Shown in pieces: positions 48,709 through 61,559 of a stretch of 64,000 nt of DNA (its first letter is position 1; every line of letters starts with the position of its first letter). Under the pieces are notes generated by a model that ran no database searches, was not told the DNA's origin, and was given only the letters and a program-made list of their open reading frames with translations. Location: the NCBI RefSeq assembly GCF_018350175.1, contig NC_058368.1, forward strand, positions 110,796,001 through 110,860,000, written 5' to 3'. The position numbers and the translations under genes are program-made. Origin of the DNA: Felis catus. Its lineage: Eukaryota.

Positions 48709-51176
48709 AGTTATCAAGGATCACCTCCCTAGCATTTAAACTAAGGATGTACAATGTCTTTTCCACTTTTAGACTGACTTCACAAGTAGCAACAGTCATT
48801 CCTTTAAGCTATTTAGTTTCAAGGACTTCTGAAAGACACCTGTATCCTGATACCACATCCTGAACCTGAACAAATCAGTACGTCCACGTGCACTCATGCC
48901 AAGATTTTCAGTTCTGATTATACTGTGATTAGGTTTTATTTTTGTCTTCTAAGTCACAAAAAACCCATAATCAGAGATACTGCAGATGCAAAACAAAGAA
49001 AGCAGTAAGCTGCCAAATCCAATGGACTCCATCCTGATGAGGCTAGAATTTTATATAAACGACTGGTACTTAAGATAAAAACCATTCACCTATGATGCCC
49101 AAAGGCTATGAAGGCAAAGAATCATTTAACTGTTGCTATCACTCCACTTGCTTCAGTGATCAAAAGAGGCATGGATAACCTTCACGGAGCCCTATGTTCT
49201 TATATGGGCAAATGCTTTTTGAAGCAGCACAGATTAGTGTGCAAGACACTACTAAGATGAAATAAAGAACACTTTCATCGCCAAAGCAAGTATTCAGGCA
49301 GCAGTTTTGGTATCAGTTCTACATCTTCTAGATAAAGCCTTACTCACCTGCCTTTAGGGAACTTGGAATGCTTTCACACTCTTTATTAGTGACCATACCA
49401 TAGTTCTTCATTCAACAGGTACTTGATGAACAGTGACTGTGGGATGTACCAAGGGGTTTACAACTTAATAGAAGTGATCTATGTATGTATGTACCAGGAT
49501 ACAGGACCGTAAGCGCCACATGATTGGTACCAATTACCAAAAAGAATTACATGTTCAGCTTTTATCAGCAAAGAGAAATTACCAGCTTAGAAAACAGAAG
49601 ACACACCCTCTGTAATTTAGCTTTTGCCTCTACCGAACTTAATATGTACAGGAAGAAATCCTCTATGAAATTCCAAATAACCAGTCTGTAGATGAATGTG
49701 ATAATCACTCTGGTCACCTCAAAATGCCTCCCTTGACTTCCACAAATCTTATTCCACTCATTCCCCACTTCTGACTTCTACTCTCTTAACTCCACCTGTC
49801 TCCCATTCCAATATGGCTGACTGCCAACCTCAATTTACTCCCACAGATAAATACTCCTACAACCCACCACACAAAGTCTATGTATCCCTAGTAGTCTACA
49901 GCTCAGGGATCAATCCACACACTCAACTGTCTAGTAGACTGTTACAAAACTCTTCTGGGCGTGGGGTGGGGAGGGGACCAAACATACATAACATGTTCAA
50001 GCTCCAAAGTCACATTCTTTCCATTTCTCTCAAGCCCATTCTTCAGCTCTACCAACTAGAGTATCACAAGCTCACCCCACACCAATAAACCCAACTAAAA
50101 ATTTCAATTTTACTTTTCTCTAACACACCTTGTCCACTTTACCTCAGAATAATCTCCCAAAACATCCTAATTTTACTAAATTTGAAACATCACCTCACTA
50201 GTACCACCCACTATAGTCTCTACCCAAGCCTGAAAAATAACATCAGCCAGGATATTTCCCCAGCACCTCTTGGCACATTTTATCAATGCACTAATTATAT
50301 CACGTGACAGTGTGTATTGTTTGGTGTCTTTCTTCCCAGTTTATAAATCCTTCAAGGGCAAAGACGGTTTCTCACTTAGCTTCCTTTCCCCAGCATACAG
50401 CTAGTGCTTGGCATGTAACTTTTCTCTTAGCTGAAGCATAAGCTACATAAAAACCTTTGATATTTGAATACTGAACAACATTCTTCTTACTATTAATTTT
50501 TTTTCACCAATGCAAGAAATTGATTTGCATTGTCTCCATATACTATTAATTCATGTCTACCAACCCACTGGAATAGTAAGAAAAGATTCAAGTGAACTAG
50601 TAAAAGTTTCAAAATGTTTCAGGACCTGTTTTGTAACCTTACTTCTTTAATGTGCAAGGTCTATGCTTTGCAGTAGTTTCAAAGGAACGACAAAAAAGAC
50701 AAAAAGGAAAACGTGGTTTAAAAAAAAAAAAAAAGACCGACATCTCAATTTACCATCTACTCAGCTTACTCCCCTGCTGAAACAAAGTACTCTATTTAGC
50801 TACCATATAGGGAGGTATCTCTTTTTCCGGAGGCTTTTATTTTTCTCATTACAAACAGCAAACCCAAATTTACTTCAATGAGAATTGGGCCATTATTGTC
50901 TGATGCTGGGAAATCACTTCAGTATTAGTTTATGGCCTTACCTATTTAGCAATGGGGAAAAAAAAAACCAAAAAAACAAAAAAACAAAAAACAACCTCAT
51001 TAATTCAGACAATACAGCAAGGATGTCCTGTATCAGAAAACTGTAGTTTTTAATTCAAAAAATGTAAACTTTATTTACCCCTCATACTCTTGCGCGCTTA
51101 ATGACAAATCATGCCTTGTATAAATTCAGTGTTCACAGGTTATCTCCACCTAAATATTACTTCTACTTTTCCTTTA

Positions 51177-51296
<120 letters not shown>

Positions 51297-52337
51297 CTAA
51301 AAAAAAAGGTATTATATTGAACTTGAAATTTAAGAGATATTAGTTCTATACATTTGGTCAACTATAGTCTGTTAGAAGACCTCTATCTTACTAACTACAA
51401 AATCCTAAGCACCCGTGCTATGTAAAACCCCCGTTAAACACTTCAAGTGGTTATTCACAGGCTAGTATAGAAGTGTTGACAGAAAATTTTTTCAAAGTTT
51501 CAAATTTTTTATAACTCATAGGAACACAAGCTTTTAAGGCCTGCCCTAATGAAATTATTACTGGAATAAATTTAAGAGTTACATTCTACACTTCTAATGC
51601 AAAATATATTTCAAATAAACTTGTTTATTTTGTCTTTGCCTGCTTTTCTGCTCTTACTAAGTACTGATCACTCTCATCTGAATAGTTAACTGCCACAAAA
51701 AACTGCAAACCTGAGGGTGGTCAGTCCTAAACAAATAAAGCTAATAACGTACTCATTTTCCAATAGTGAAACTTAAGTGAAAAATGAGTTCAAATCCAAG
51801 GAGTATATGAGAATATACTTACATATGTTTGCATCAATGTAAAATATGCAAGATAATGAAATATTTAAGGATAAACAAATAATCTAATTTACAAAACCAA
51901 ATAAGGTACCTAAATTTAACAGTACTTCTTAGCTTTCATTAGACTGTCCAGGTTTCCAAGTTTGAGTTCTGCTAAAATCCTCAAAGAAATAATCCATTAC
52001 TTGCTCCAAAAATGTATTTATTACCTCAGATAAATTATGAGTCATTGGGGAAAAGACGCTTCTTAGATAAAAATTAATTAAGCAATTAACTACAAAGGAC
52101 TTGAGTTCTGACAAAAAAACAACCAAACACTTCTTTAAAATTAAAAGTTCTAAGCCATCAATTTCTTATTTTCAGATTGTTGGCAGAGGCACTTAGGGGA
52201 GGACTCTCAAGATTAATCCACGATCTCTTCAAGTTTCAAATACAGAATTCAAAGGCCCTTGCTTCTGAGTATTCATAATCCTGCAATGTCACTATTAAGT
52301 TGAAATTACAGAGTTTGGCATTTAAAACATTCACTTC

Positions 52338-52497
52338 GGGGCGCCTGAGTGGCTCAGCTGGTTAAACGCCCAACTCCTGATTTCAGCTCAGGTCATGATT
52401 TCATTCATGGTTTGTGAGTTCAAGCCCTACATAGGGCTCTGTGCTGACATGGAGAACCTACTTGGGATTCTCTCTCTCTCTCAAACACTAAAAAAAT
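52338..52497 (+). mobile_element. Can-SINE in SKP1 intron 1
   Basis: SINEC head; cattcact duplicated on both sides. Confidence 0.88.
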
Positions 52498-52857
52498 TTC
52501 AACCATTCACTGCACCTATTTTAGGATCAAAGACTTCAAACCCATGAAATCAGTTAAAATATTCATTCGCCTTTTCCCAATTATCTCCATTCCTCCAAAT
52601 AAACAAAAGAAAGGAAGCAAAAATGTAAAGCTATGTTTTAAAACCAGCCACTGAAATATCCTGCTCTCACTCATCAATGGTTAGAGACAATCTCATTTCA
52701 CTTTTCAGTTCACAAAGATGTCTGTTCCTCCATGATGCTTAATGCTTGCCAATAATGCAGTTGTTCTGTTCAACAGAGAAGGGCCCAGTGCAGAGAACCT
52801 TCCCTGTGACAGGGCAGTAACAAAAGGTAATCCCAAAGGAAATACTTCAACGTGAAC

Positions 52858-52861
<4 letters not shown>

Positions 52862-52888
<27 letters not shown>
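52862..52888. repeat. Poly-T tract (also a poly-A tract at 1471-1493)
   Basis: Direct read. Confidence 0.9.
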
Positions 52889-52893
<5 letters not shown>

Positions 52894-53679
52894 ACATTCT
52901 ACATTCTTTTTACATTCGATAGTACTGGAATGAACACTAAAGAACGACAAGTCTGGGACTTCAGTTGATAAAATTAGTTTTAAGGAAGGTGACCATTTCG
53001 TATTTCTCTCAAATAACTCTTGGCAAATAATCAGATCTGCTTAGTCATAGTCAAATTCCTGTATTAGGTTACTCTTAAGGGAGTTGAGATCTTATTAAAT
53101 AAGCAGGGAGGCAATCTGTTAATCTGTAATCGGATGCACTTTGTGATGCCAAACTTAATACTTAAAGAGAACTTTTTTTTAATGTCTTAGAGCTAGAATT
53201 CAGTGCAAAACTGCAATAATAATGGATGAGATTTTGATTTGACAGGTTTTCAAGCAATTCTTTAAGCTCCTCATCTTGAAAATTAAATCCCCCTCCATGA
53301 CTGGAATGAAACAGGTTCTGTCAACAACATAAAGAAAAAGCTGTTTTAAGGGACCCGAATTCTAGCACCTCCTTTTAGAGAGGAGAGCGAAGTCTGCGTT
53401 GCTCTGTGACAGATACATTCTATTGTGACGCTCTGATACATTCACTATCCCAAAACCCAAACGTGAGGTCCTATCCAGGTGAACATTCTAACCCTGTAAA
53501 ACATGACCCAAAGCGTCTAGCTTTTAATGAGTTAGGCCTCCCTACAAGTCACACCACCATGACGAGGGCATCTGCTATTTCAACAGTTGTTTCAGCAACT
53601 CCAAGCTGTGGCAAAAAAAATGGCGAGAAATATTCTGAAGGAGCAAGCGGCTATCTGCAAGCATGCGGCCCAAACACAG

Positions 53680-54600
53680 CCAGGACCCGGGACTAGTGAG
53701 GGCAGATACGAGGGAGAGAAGGAACGCGAGCCAAAAAATCCAGCGCTCCCAAACTCCCACCGGCCACGCTCCCTCCGGACACCAAAACAACAAACACGCA
53801 CACCACGCCCACGCCCGCCCAAAGACCTGCACTGAAAGCCCCGCCGCCACCCCCGCCCAAGAAAAGCCCAGGGCCGCAGCCTGGGCCTCGCAGCCGAGCT
53901 CTGCGCAGACTGACGCTCGCCCCGTGCGAGGAAGGACCAATCCCGGGCCCGGCTCGCACCTTCTCCCGCCCGCCGGCCTGGGCGCCCACGAGGCGTCGTG
54001 AGGACGCGCGGCCAGGAGAGGCCTCGCCGTCGGGGGGGATGGGAGGGAGGGGGAGGTGGGGCGGGAGAACGGGACCCAGCGACAGGTTCCACTGGGCCTG
54101 AGGGACGCAAGGCCCAGGTGCCTCCCGCCTCCGGCAGGCCAAAGCACAGCGGTGCGGACACCCAGCTCGCAATCCACGGCGCTACCGCCCCATTCCGCTC
54201 GGCCTGCGTCTACTCACGGTGCTAGGTCTCAAGGAGACTGCGGGCCGGAGGGTGACAAAAAAAGGGCAGGGCAGCCTCCGCTACGAGAAGAGAAAGGCAG
54301 AGAACAAGGCCACTACGGCGGCGCGGCGCGGCGTCGGCCTTTATAGAAGCGGGCGCAGGCGCCGAGGACCCCGGAGCCCGAGGCGTCACAGAGCCGGCGG
54401 GGCTGGCCGCCGAGATCGCCTGACGCAGGCCAAGGACGGTGGGGCGGAGAGGCGGCGGGCGCGAGGCGCGGGGGCGGGGTTTCGTCCTTACCCTCTCACT
54501 CCACCCCACCCCACCCCACCCCCGAGAGCGCGGCTCGCTGTCCTGAAAGCAGGAGAGCGGACCTGGCTGGGGTACTCCGCAGACAGCCAGGGTCCTTCAG
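53680..54600 (-). promoter_or_regulatory. SKP1: SKP1 CpG-island promoter
   Basis: Dense CpG; TATA-like element 54339-54346; CRE-like half sites (GCGTCA ~54383, TGACGC 54421); GC boxes ~54441 and ~54471. Confidence 0.9.
54218..54315 (-). other. SKP1: SKP1 non-coding exon 1 (5' end approximate)
   Basis: Ends ...AGCACC|GTGAGTA (strong donor, supplies Kozak ACC); lies ~25-30 nt downstream of TATAAAG (54345-54339 on -). Confidence 0.85.
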
Positions 54601-55739
54601 GCAGGGGCTGGCCTAAGCCGAATTAAAGACCCCAGTCCTGAAAAACCGAGAAACTGCTAGTGGGTGTGTGGAGGGGGAGGGGGAGGGGAGGGTTAGTGTT
54701 CGGGAGGCTTTCTGACTCCCCTTTCCTGAAGGGGAAAGAAGGCTCAGGCGAAGAATGGCAGATGGGCGTTGCAGTCACCGCCCTGAGATACCGCTGGGTG
54801 CCTCGGCGTCATCCCCTGTGCCCAGCATGCGTTAGTTCTCTCGCCATAACAACCCATGAAGTGAAGTTCTGTTACCTTTTCCCCTGCTGTATACCTGAGA
54901 ACAAATTCAGAACGACACAGTTTAGTGTTCCTAAGCGTTGTTTCCTACTTGTTTTCTGAAAAGGCCTCCAGGCCAGAAATAACCATCGTTGCAGGGAAGC
55001 CGCAAGTCCAGGCCCCTCCCGCAGACGTGTATTGAGCAAAATGTGCATGAAGCGGTGCTGGGGGATTCTGGGGTGAACCAGGCAGTCAGGGCGCAGCCTG
55101 CGCAGAACTCTCGTCTGGGTCCATAGGATGGAACCAACGCTACAGGAAAGGGGTTAGAGCTTGGCAAAGCACTGCGCCCCAACCCCATGCCACCCAGTCA
55201 GGGCCTTTTCTGGGCTCCACCCTTTTGCTGCTTCGTGAACCTTGCCACCCCTCCCTAGGAAACTAAGGCGCCTGGCTCACCTAACCACCAGGCATGTGAT
55301 GGGATTCCTGACGCCAGGGAGACAAAAGAAACTTCCAAACAGGGCCCCCTAAAGAAATCAGAGGCCTACAGCTCTTCTGGGATGGGACTGGGCAGGGAGG
55401 CCAAGCAACTTCTTGGGTTACCAGGCTTTTGTCTACAAGCTGTGGTATCCAGTGTCTGCCAGGTGCCACAGCTGATGGCAGGCAGATGAAAGGACCTACA
55501 GCCCTCATACTTTTTTCCCCCGAAACACAGCCCTGCCCTCCGCACCTCCAGCCTCAGGTTCCCTAGGCGAGTCCCACTGGAGCTCCTTTGCCCCCTTGCC
55601 CATGGCACACAAGGTGGAACCTTGTAAACTCTTGTTAAGCATCCTAAGCGGGACTGAGCAATGCCGGGTCGCACATCTAGCCTGAGGACCCAGCATGAAG
55701 TACGTGTATGTTTTTCCAAATATGTCTAGGGACCCCCAA

Positions 55740-56370
55740 TATTAGAATCATCAAGATATACTTGTTTTTAAAACGCAGATTTCAGTGGTGCCTGGGTGGC
55801 TCAGTCTGTTAAGCTTCCGACTTCCACTTGGATCATGATCTCCTGGTTCGTGGGTTCGAGCCCGGCGTCTGGCTCTGTGCTGACAGCTCAGAGCCGGGGG
55901 CCTGCTTCATATTGTGTGTCTCCCTCTCTCTGCCCCTCCCCTGCTCATGCTCTGCCTCTCTCTCTCTCAAAAATAAATAAACGTTAAAAAATTAATAAAA
56001 ACAAAATAAAACCTAGATTTCATGTATTCATATATACTCTATTATATTCATAGATTATGTCAGGAAACATGCACATACACAAGAAATTGCCTTGTTGGGA
56101 GGGGAACTAGGTGACTGGGGGACAGGGGTTGGGGTGATTTGTTCACTTTATAACCTTCTCTATCTTTTGAATTTCAATTCATACGAATATATTACATATT
56201 CAAAAATGTTTTACTTCAAAAAATAAGTTGGCATCAAGTCAAGAAAAACAAAGATTCCTGGGTCCACTCTTGATCTAATGACTCCGATTCCCTGACGGCA
56301 GGTTTTTCTGCCTTTTAAACAAGTTTTCAAAGTGATTCTTAAGCCCAGGCTAAGTTGAGAAATCTCTGTA
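55740..56370. mobile_element. MER5-like hAT relic interrupted by a + Can-SINE (55785-56010) and further inserted sequence
   Basis: ttagaatca...taaaacgcagatttc, then agattcctgggtcc...ttttaaacaag...gtgattctt...agttgagaaatc; SINE TSD aaaac(gc/ct)agatttca. Confidence 0.65.
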
Positions 56371-56939
56371 TTAGGGTCTCAGTGATGAAGGACTGCTAAG
56401 AAGGGGCCAGCAGTGTCTGTCAATGGTGACTCATTCAGCTCCACACTTTCTGAATCAACCCTACCCTCCTTCAAACTGTCCTCTCAGGATCGACAGGGCA
56501 GCTGCAGGACCTTGGGGTCCAGGCTGGTGATCCTTCATCCCCTCTCATTTACACATAATCACGGGCCTGGGTCAGAAAGGACTGGCCCCCACATATTCCC
56601 TTTGGCAAGTAAGAATGCAAGGAGAAGGAGATTCCTCTGGCTTCAAAGCTGGCCCTGAGACAGCTGTGGTCTTGTCCTAAGTTCGGTTACTCCACATACC
56701 ACGTAATCAAAGCTCCTTGTTCTACAGATGAAGGAAATGAAAGAGAAGAGACTTTTCTGCTGTCATACAGGCACTGCAGAGCAAGGTTGATGCTTCAGCC
56801 CCAGCTATGCTTCTGCCACCAGAGCGCAGGTATTGAATTTTAGCTACATCCCTCAAATGCCAGGAATATTTTCTAATTTACGGTTACAGGGAAGCTAAAT
56901 GGCCCGCATTCAAGTCCAGATAGGAAAATGTGCCTTTAA

Positions 56940-57138
56940 AAGAAAATTCTTTTATGTTTATTTTTGAGAGGACGGGGGAGGGGGCAGAGAGAGAGGGAAA
57001 CAGAATCTGAAGCAGTTGTCAATGTAAAGCCGGTCATGGGGCTGGAACTCACAAACCCCAAGATCATGACCTGAGCCAAAGTCGGACACTTAACCAACTG
57101 AGCCACCCAGGCGGCCCTGCTGCTTTTTTTTTTAATAT

Positions 57139-57181
<43 letters not shown>

Positions 57182-57367
57182 TTTTTGAGAGAGCAAGCAT
57201 GCACACATGCAAGTGGAGGAAGGGCAAAGAGAGGGGGACAGACAATCCAAGACAGCCCAGTGCTGACGGCAGCGAGGTGGGGCTTGAACTCTTGAGAACC
57301 ATGAGATCATGACCCCAGCCCAAATCAAGAGTCAGACACTTAACCGACTGAGCCACTCAGGCACCCC
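56940..57367 (-). mobile_element. Two Can-SINEs, one with an (ATTT)n tail at ~57137-57185
   Basis: Reverse SINEC heads ending at 57117 and 57367. Confidence 0.9.
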
Positions 57368-58974
57368 TGGAAAAGCTGCTTTTTATAGTGAATTCATTTC
57401 CAGAGATGATCTCCCTTTGTAAATCAAGTTTCATGGCTATAAAGTGTTCATAGGAGAATTCCTATGAGGACCAGCTCCCTCAGTGCATCTAAAATGGGAC
57501 GCTGCTGCCCAGAATTCAGTTCACACTCCCTTTGTCAGGCACCAACCCATGGGATAGACTCTGAACTCTGGATGTGTGTTCCAGCCTATAGGACAGCATG
57601 TAAGCTAAGAAATAATCCAGTCCCCAGGAGATCTCTGGCCTTCCTTCTATCTTTTTCCAAACTCCAAGTCTTCTGTCTAAAAATCAGACTACCTTATTAT
57701 TCCAGAAGAGAGAATGCTGAATGCAAAGAAAAAACTCAAATTCTTGGATCTTGATTTGCAAAGTGAACCCTTAGAATAAATGGACTTTTTAGTGCAAGAT
57801 TTTTTTGAGCACTGAAAGCCCAAGAGGCTGAAGGACTGAAATCTTAAATTTTATACTAGCAACAGCACAGTTAGGAAACATAAGATGTGATGATGCCAGA
57901 ACCAATTTTCCAAAATGATAAGGGTGGGGAAAAAATTGAAGCAAAGGAAGCATTGCAGTCAGCTACTGGGGTGGGTGTCTGAGAAAGGACTCTCTCCCAC
58001 TCTTTCCCCTGATCCTCTCTGCACAGGGATAGGGAGAGATTAGGACCCGCAAAAAGGTTTGCAGGCTCTGAAAGTAGAGAGAATCTATGCCTCGATCTGT
58101 GAGAAAGGTCTCAAGTCTTCCATGAAGAAAAAATATGGGATCAGTCAAGTAGAAATGGCAGGTGGGTGTGCCTAGGCACGTGGGCCTGGAAGTGCCCACG
58201 CCTGAGGTTCATGTGTGTGGATCCCAGAGAGCATCTAAATATGTCCTGAAGCCCTAAAGCAGCATGGAAGTTGCTTGAAGAGGGATAGATGATCAGGAGG
58301 AGGCTTGTGGGATGTAATCAAGAGAACCTACATGAACCTAGGTGAACCTACACCGACCAAGTCAGAAGCTATGGCACAAATTCAGCCATCTGTGGGCACA
58401 GCAGAAATCAAGGATGACACCTCACCACCGGCGGGGGTAGGATGTGCCTGCCTCCTTGAGCAGTAGAGGAAGACACATGAAGACCAATGACCAGACAACC
58501 TCCAGCCCCCTCACCTCTCACTCCGTGCTATGACCACATCAACTCTGCAGAATGAAGCTCTGACCCTAGATCGCAGAAGAGGGTCAGACCCCTCCATTTG
58601 ACTGAGTGTGTATCCCTGAAATGACTGAATGACCATATACTCACCTGACTTACCATGCCAGGAAGTGACCAGATTACATTTCTGCTACAAAATGGAATAG
58701 ATAGACAGAAAATAAGAAAATGAAAGACCTATCATTTAGGCACACCCATGTTTTCTGACTTTTAAATCCCATCTGGCCACCAGTGCACAGGGATCGTGCA
58801 GATCTGCTGCTGCCCACCTGCTGCTGCCCACCTGCTGCTCACATCCTGTATTATCTGAACAGGATAGGTGGTGTCCCCTTTCTAGCCTCAGTCTTCTTGT
58901 CTATAGAATGGGGTTTATAGTGGTACCTACCTCATAGGATTTTTGCGGTCATGAATTATTTGAGTCACCAGAGG

Positions 58975-60078
58975 GGTCAAACTGAATACAGTGACAATAC
59001 CAAGTGTTAGCAGGACTTGGAACGACTGGAACTCTCACATGTTGCTGGTGAGTGTCCAAATTGGTACACCAGGAAGTTGGCAGGATCTACTAAAGCTAAA
59101 CATACATATACCAAGTGGCTCAGCAATTCCAATTATGGACAAATACCCAACAGGAATAAATTCTGTCCACCCAAAAGTATGTTTAAGAATGTTCACGGCG
59201 GGGGCACTTGGGTGGCTCAGTCGGTTAAGCGTCCAACTTCGGCTCAGGTCTGATCTCACCTCGTGAGTTCGAGCCTGTGTCAGGCTCTGTGCTGACAGCT
59301 CAGAGCCTAGAACCTGCTTTGGATTCTGTGTCTCCCTTTCTCTCTGCCCCTCCCCTGCTCACACTCTCTCTGTCTCTCTCTTTCTCTCAAAAATAAATAA
59401 ACATTAAAAATTTTTAAAAAAGAACGTTCACAACAACTTTGAACAAAGCAAAAAAATAACAAACCCACCAAATGTAAATGAAAAAACAACCTCGTATATT
59501 CACAAAATGGAATGATCGTAAACAGCAATGAAAAAGAAACTATCGATGTCAACAACAGCACGGATGAATCTCACAGACATAACGAGCAAAAGAAGCAAGA
59601 CACGGGGAGTATGTACTGTATGAGTCCACTGAAATGAAGACCAAAACAGGCCCAAAACACCCTAATTTAGAGAAGACAACATAATAGTTACCTTTACCAG
59701 ATAAGGGAAGCTTCTGGGATGCTAGAAACTCTCTATCTTGATCCAGGTGGTAGTTTCATGAGTGTGTGCATATATAAAAATTCACTGAGCTGGGGCACCT
59801 GGGTGGCTCAATCGGTTAAGCGTCTGGCTTCAGCTCAGGTCATGATCTCACAGTTCATGGGTTCGAGCCCCACATCGGGCTCTGTGTTGACATCTCAGAG
59901 CCTGGAACCTGCTTCATATTCTCTGTCTCCCTCTCTCTTTGCCCCTCCTCTGCTCATGCTCTGTCACGTGCTCTCTCTCTCTCTCAAGAATAAACAAACG
60001 TTAAAAAAATTTTTTTAATTCACTGAGCTATAATCATATTTGTGTACTACGTACAAGTAATATCTCAAGTTTTAAAAA
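58975..60078 (+). mobile_element. Old L1 3' region with two + Can-SINEs (59200-59420, 59792-60016)
   Basis: L1 text (tgacaataccaagtgtt, actggaactctcacat, cagcaattcca, cacggatgaatctcacagacataa); TSDs aagaa(t/c)gttcac and aattcactgagct. Confidence 0.85.
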
Positions 60079-61559
60079 AATGGGGGGAGGGGTATAAAAT
60101 GTGACAGTGTGTGTTGCATGCTTAGCATGGTGCCACTGTCAATTCCCCAAAGATCTTTGAGCCACTGTAGCCTCTCCTTGCACATGGTTGCCCTTCACAG
60201 TCAAGGTTGGAGGAGTAAAGGAAGATGCTGGGAAGGTGGTGGGAGATTGTTGTAAGGCCCCTGTGCCCAGGGAGGACTTATCTGCCCAGGACCCAAGAGT
60301 CCAACTGAGTCCTTGGACAAAGCTGAAGAAAAGGCCACTCATCAGCTTCCTTGCTTCTCCCTCAGGCAGCCAGTGCAGTGCCTCCACTGGAAGGCTATGG
60401 ACCCATCCTCAGGAGGAAGCTGCTGTGGAAGCTCCAGGCAGAAGTGGCATCCACACCTAAATGGAAGAGGAGAGAACTTCCTGACTCCTATCTGTGCCCG
60501 ACACCATCAGACCTCATGGGCCTACGCTGGATTGAACGGTTATCACACAGGGGGGGGATTGAAAGGTTATCACCCCAGGCCACATGGCAGGGAGATGGGC
60601 ACTGAACCTAGGTCTGTCTGACTCACCACAAGGTGAGTCCATGGATTACCCTCTATTCCAGCCTCTCCAAGAGAGAAAGTCTATGGTGATATGTGGGTAC
60701 CCTCTGTGGGGCTCAGAGTGGCTACACAGGGCCCAAAGAAGGCAGGGACAGGGATGGGTTGCTCTACAGTGTAGTTCTGGCCAATCCCCAAGCACTGATT
60801 GGCTCTGGCCAGCAGATGGTGCCAGAGGGCCAGACAGCCATCCAAAGAGCATTTCACTAAACCTGCTCCCTCACAGAGATGCCTTCAGAAGCTGCCTTCT
60901 CTTCACCAGGACCAAGAGTCCTGTCCATATCCCTGGTATGACCATCAGAGACTGAATGCCAGTACAGCTTGACCACATGCACACAGTGTGACCTTGGAAG
61001 TAGCCTTCAGCCCTGTGGGCCACAGCACCCCTCCGTGAAATCAAATTCATGCACAAGTCCTGGCAACAGGGACCGGGTAGGCTCACTCAAAAGTAGGGCA
61101 GCGCAGGCCATCGAGGGCTCTTTTATAGATGACATAATCATGACAGGCATGACCTACTATCTCCCACTATATCCTCCTATGGGAACCCAAGGACACCAGC
61201 GCCAGTATGGCATCTGGAGCCAGCACACTGGAGCAAAGACCACGAGACGGCAATCTGTCTGAAAGGTCCATAGCCCACCCTGCCAGCTGACTGCCCAGGG
61301 ATCTCCAGGCCAGGACCTGAGACGCTGAACATTCCAAGAGCCAGACTCTGGGCAACACCAATGAGGTGAAGGCAAGTGTGACTTTAATATCTCTTACAAA
61401 TCAAGTGCTAATTTCTGACTGCTGAATGCCTAGTTAGGAAGGGATGTCTTCCAAGGGGCCACTGGTTGGCAAGGACATCCCCAGGAGAATCTCTTGAGTA
61501 CAGGCCCAACCCATGACCCACTAACTGGCCCAGAAAGCTGCCAGTCAATCCATTATTGA

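Noticed and set aside
53575..54626. Several overlapping 95-200 aa ORFs
   Set aside because: Stop-codon depletion in the SKP1 CpG island.
56813..56829. CTCF-like CTGCCACCAGAGCGCAG
   Set aside because: Mismatch at a highly conserved core G; too weak without data.
58804..58839. 14-bp tandem repeat CTGCTGCTGCCCAC (~2.6 copies); also a 10-bp duplication at 3331-3350
   Set aside because: Ordinary slippage duplications; no spacers, not CRISPR-like.
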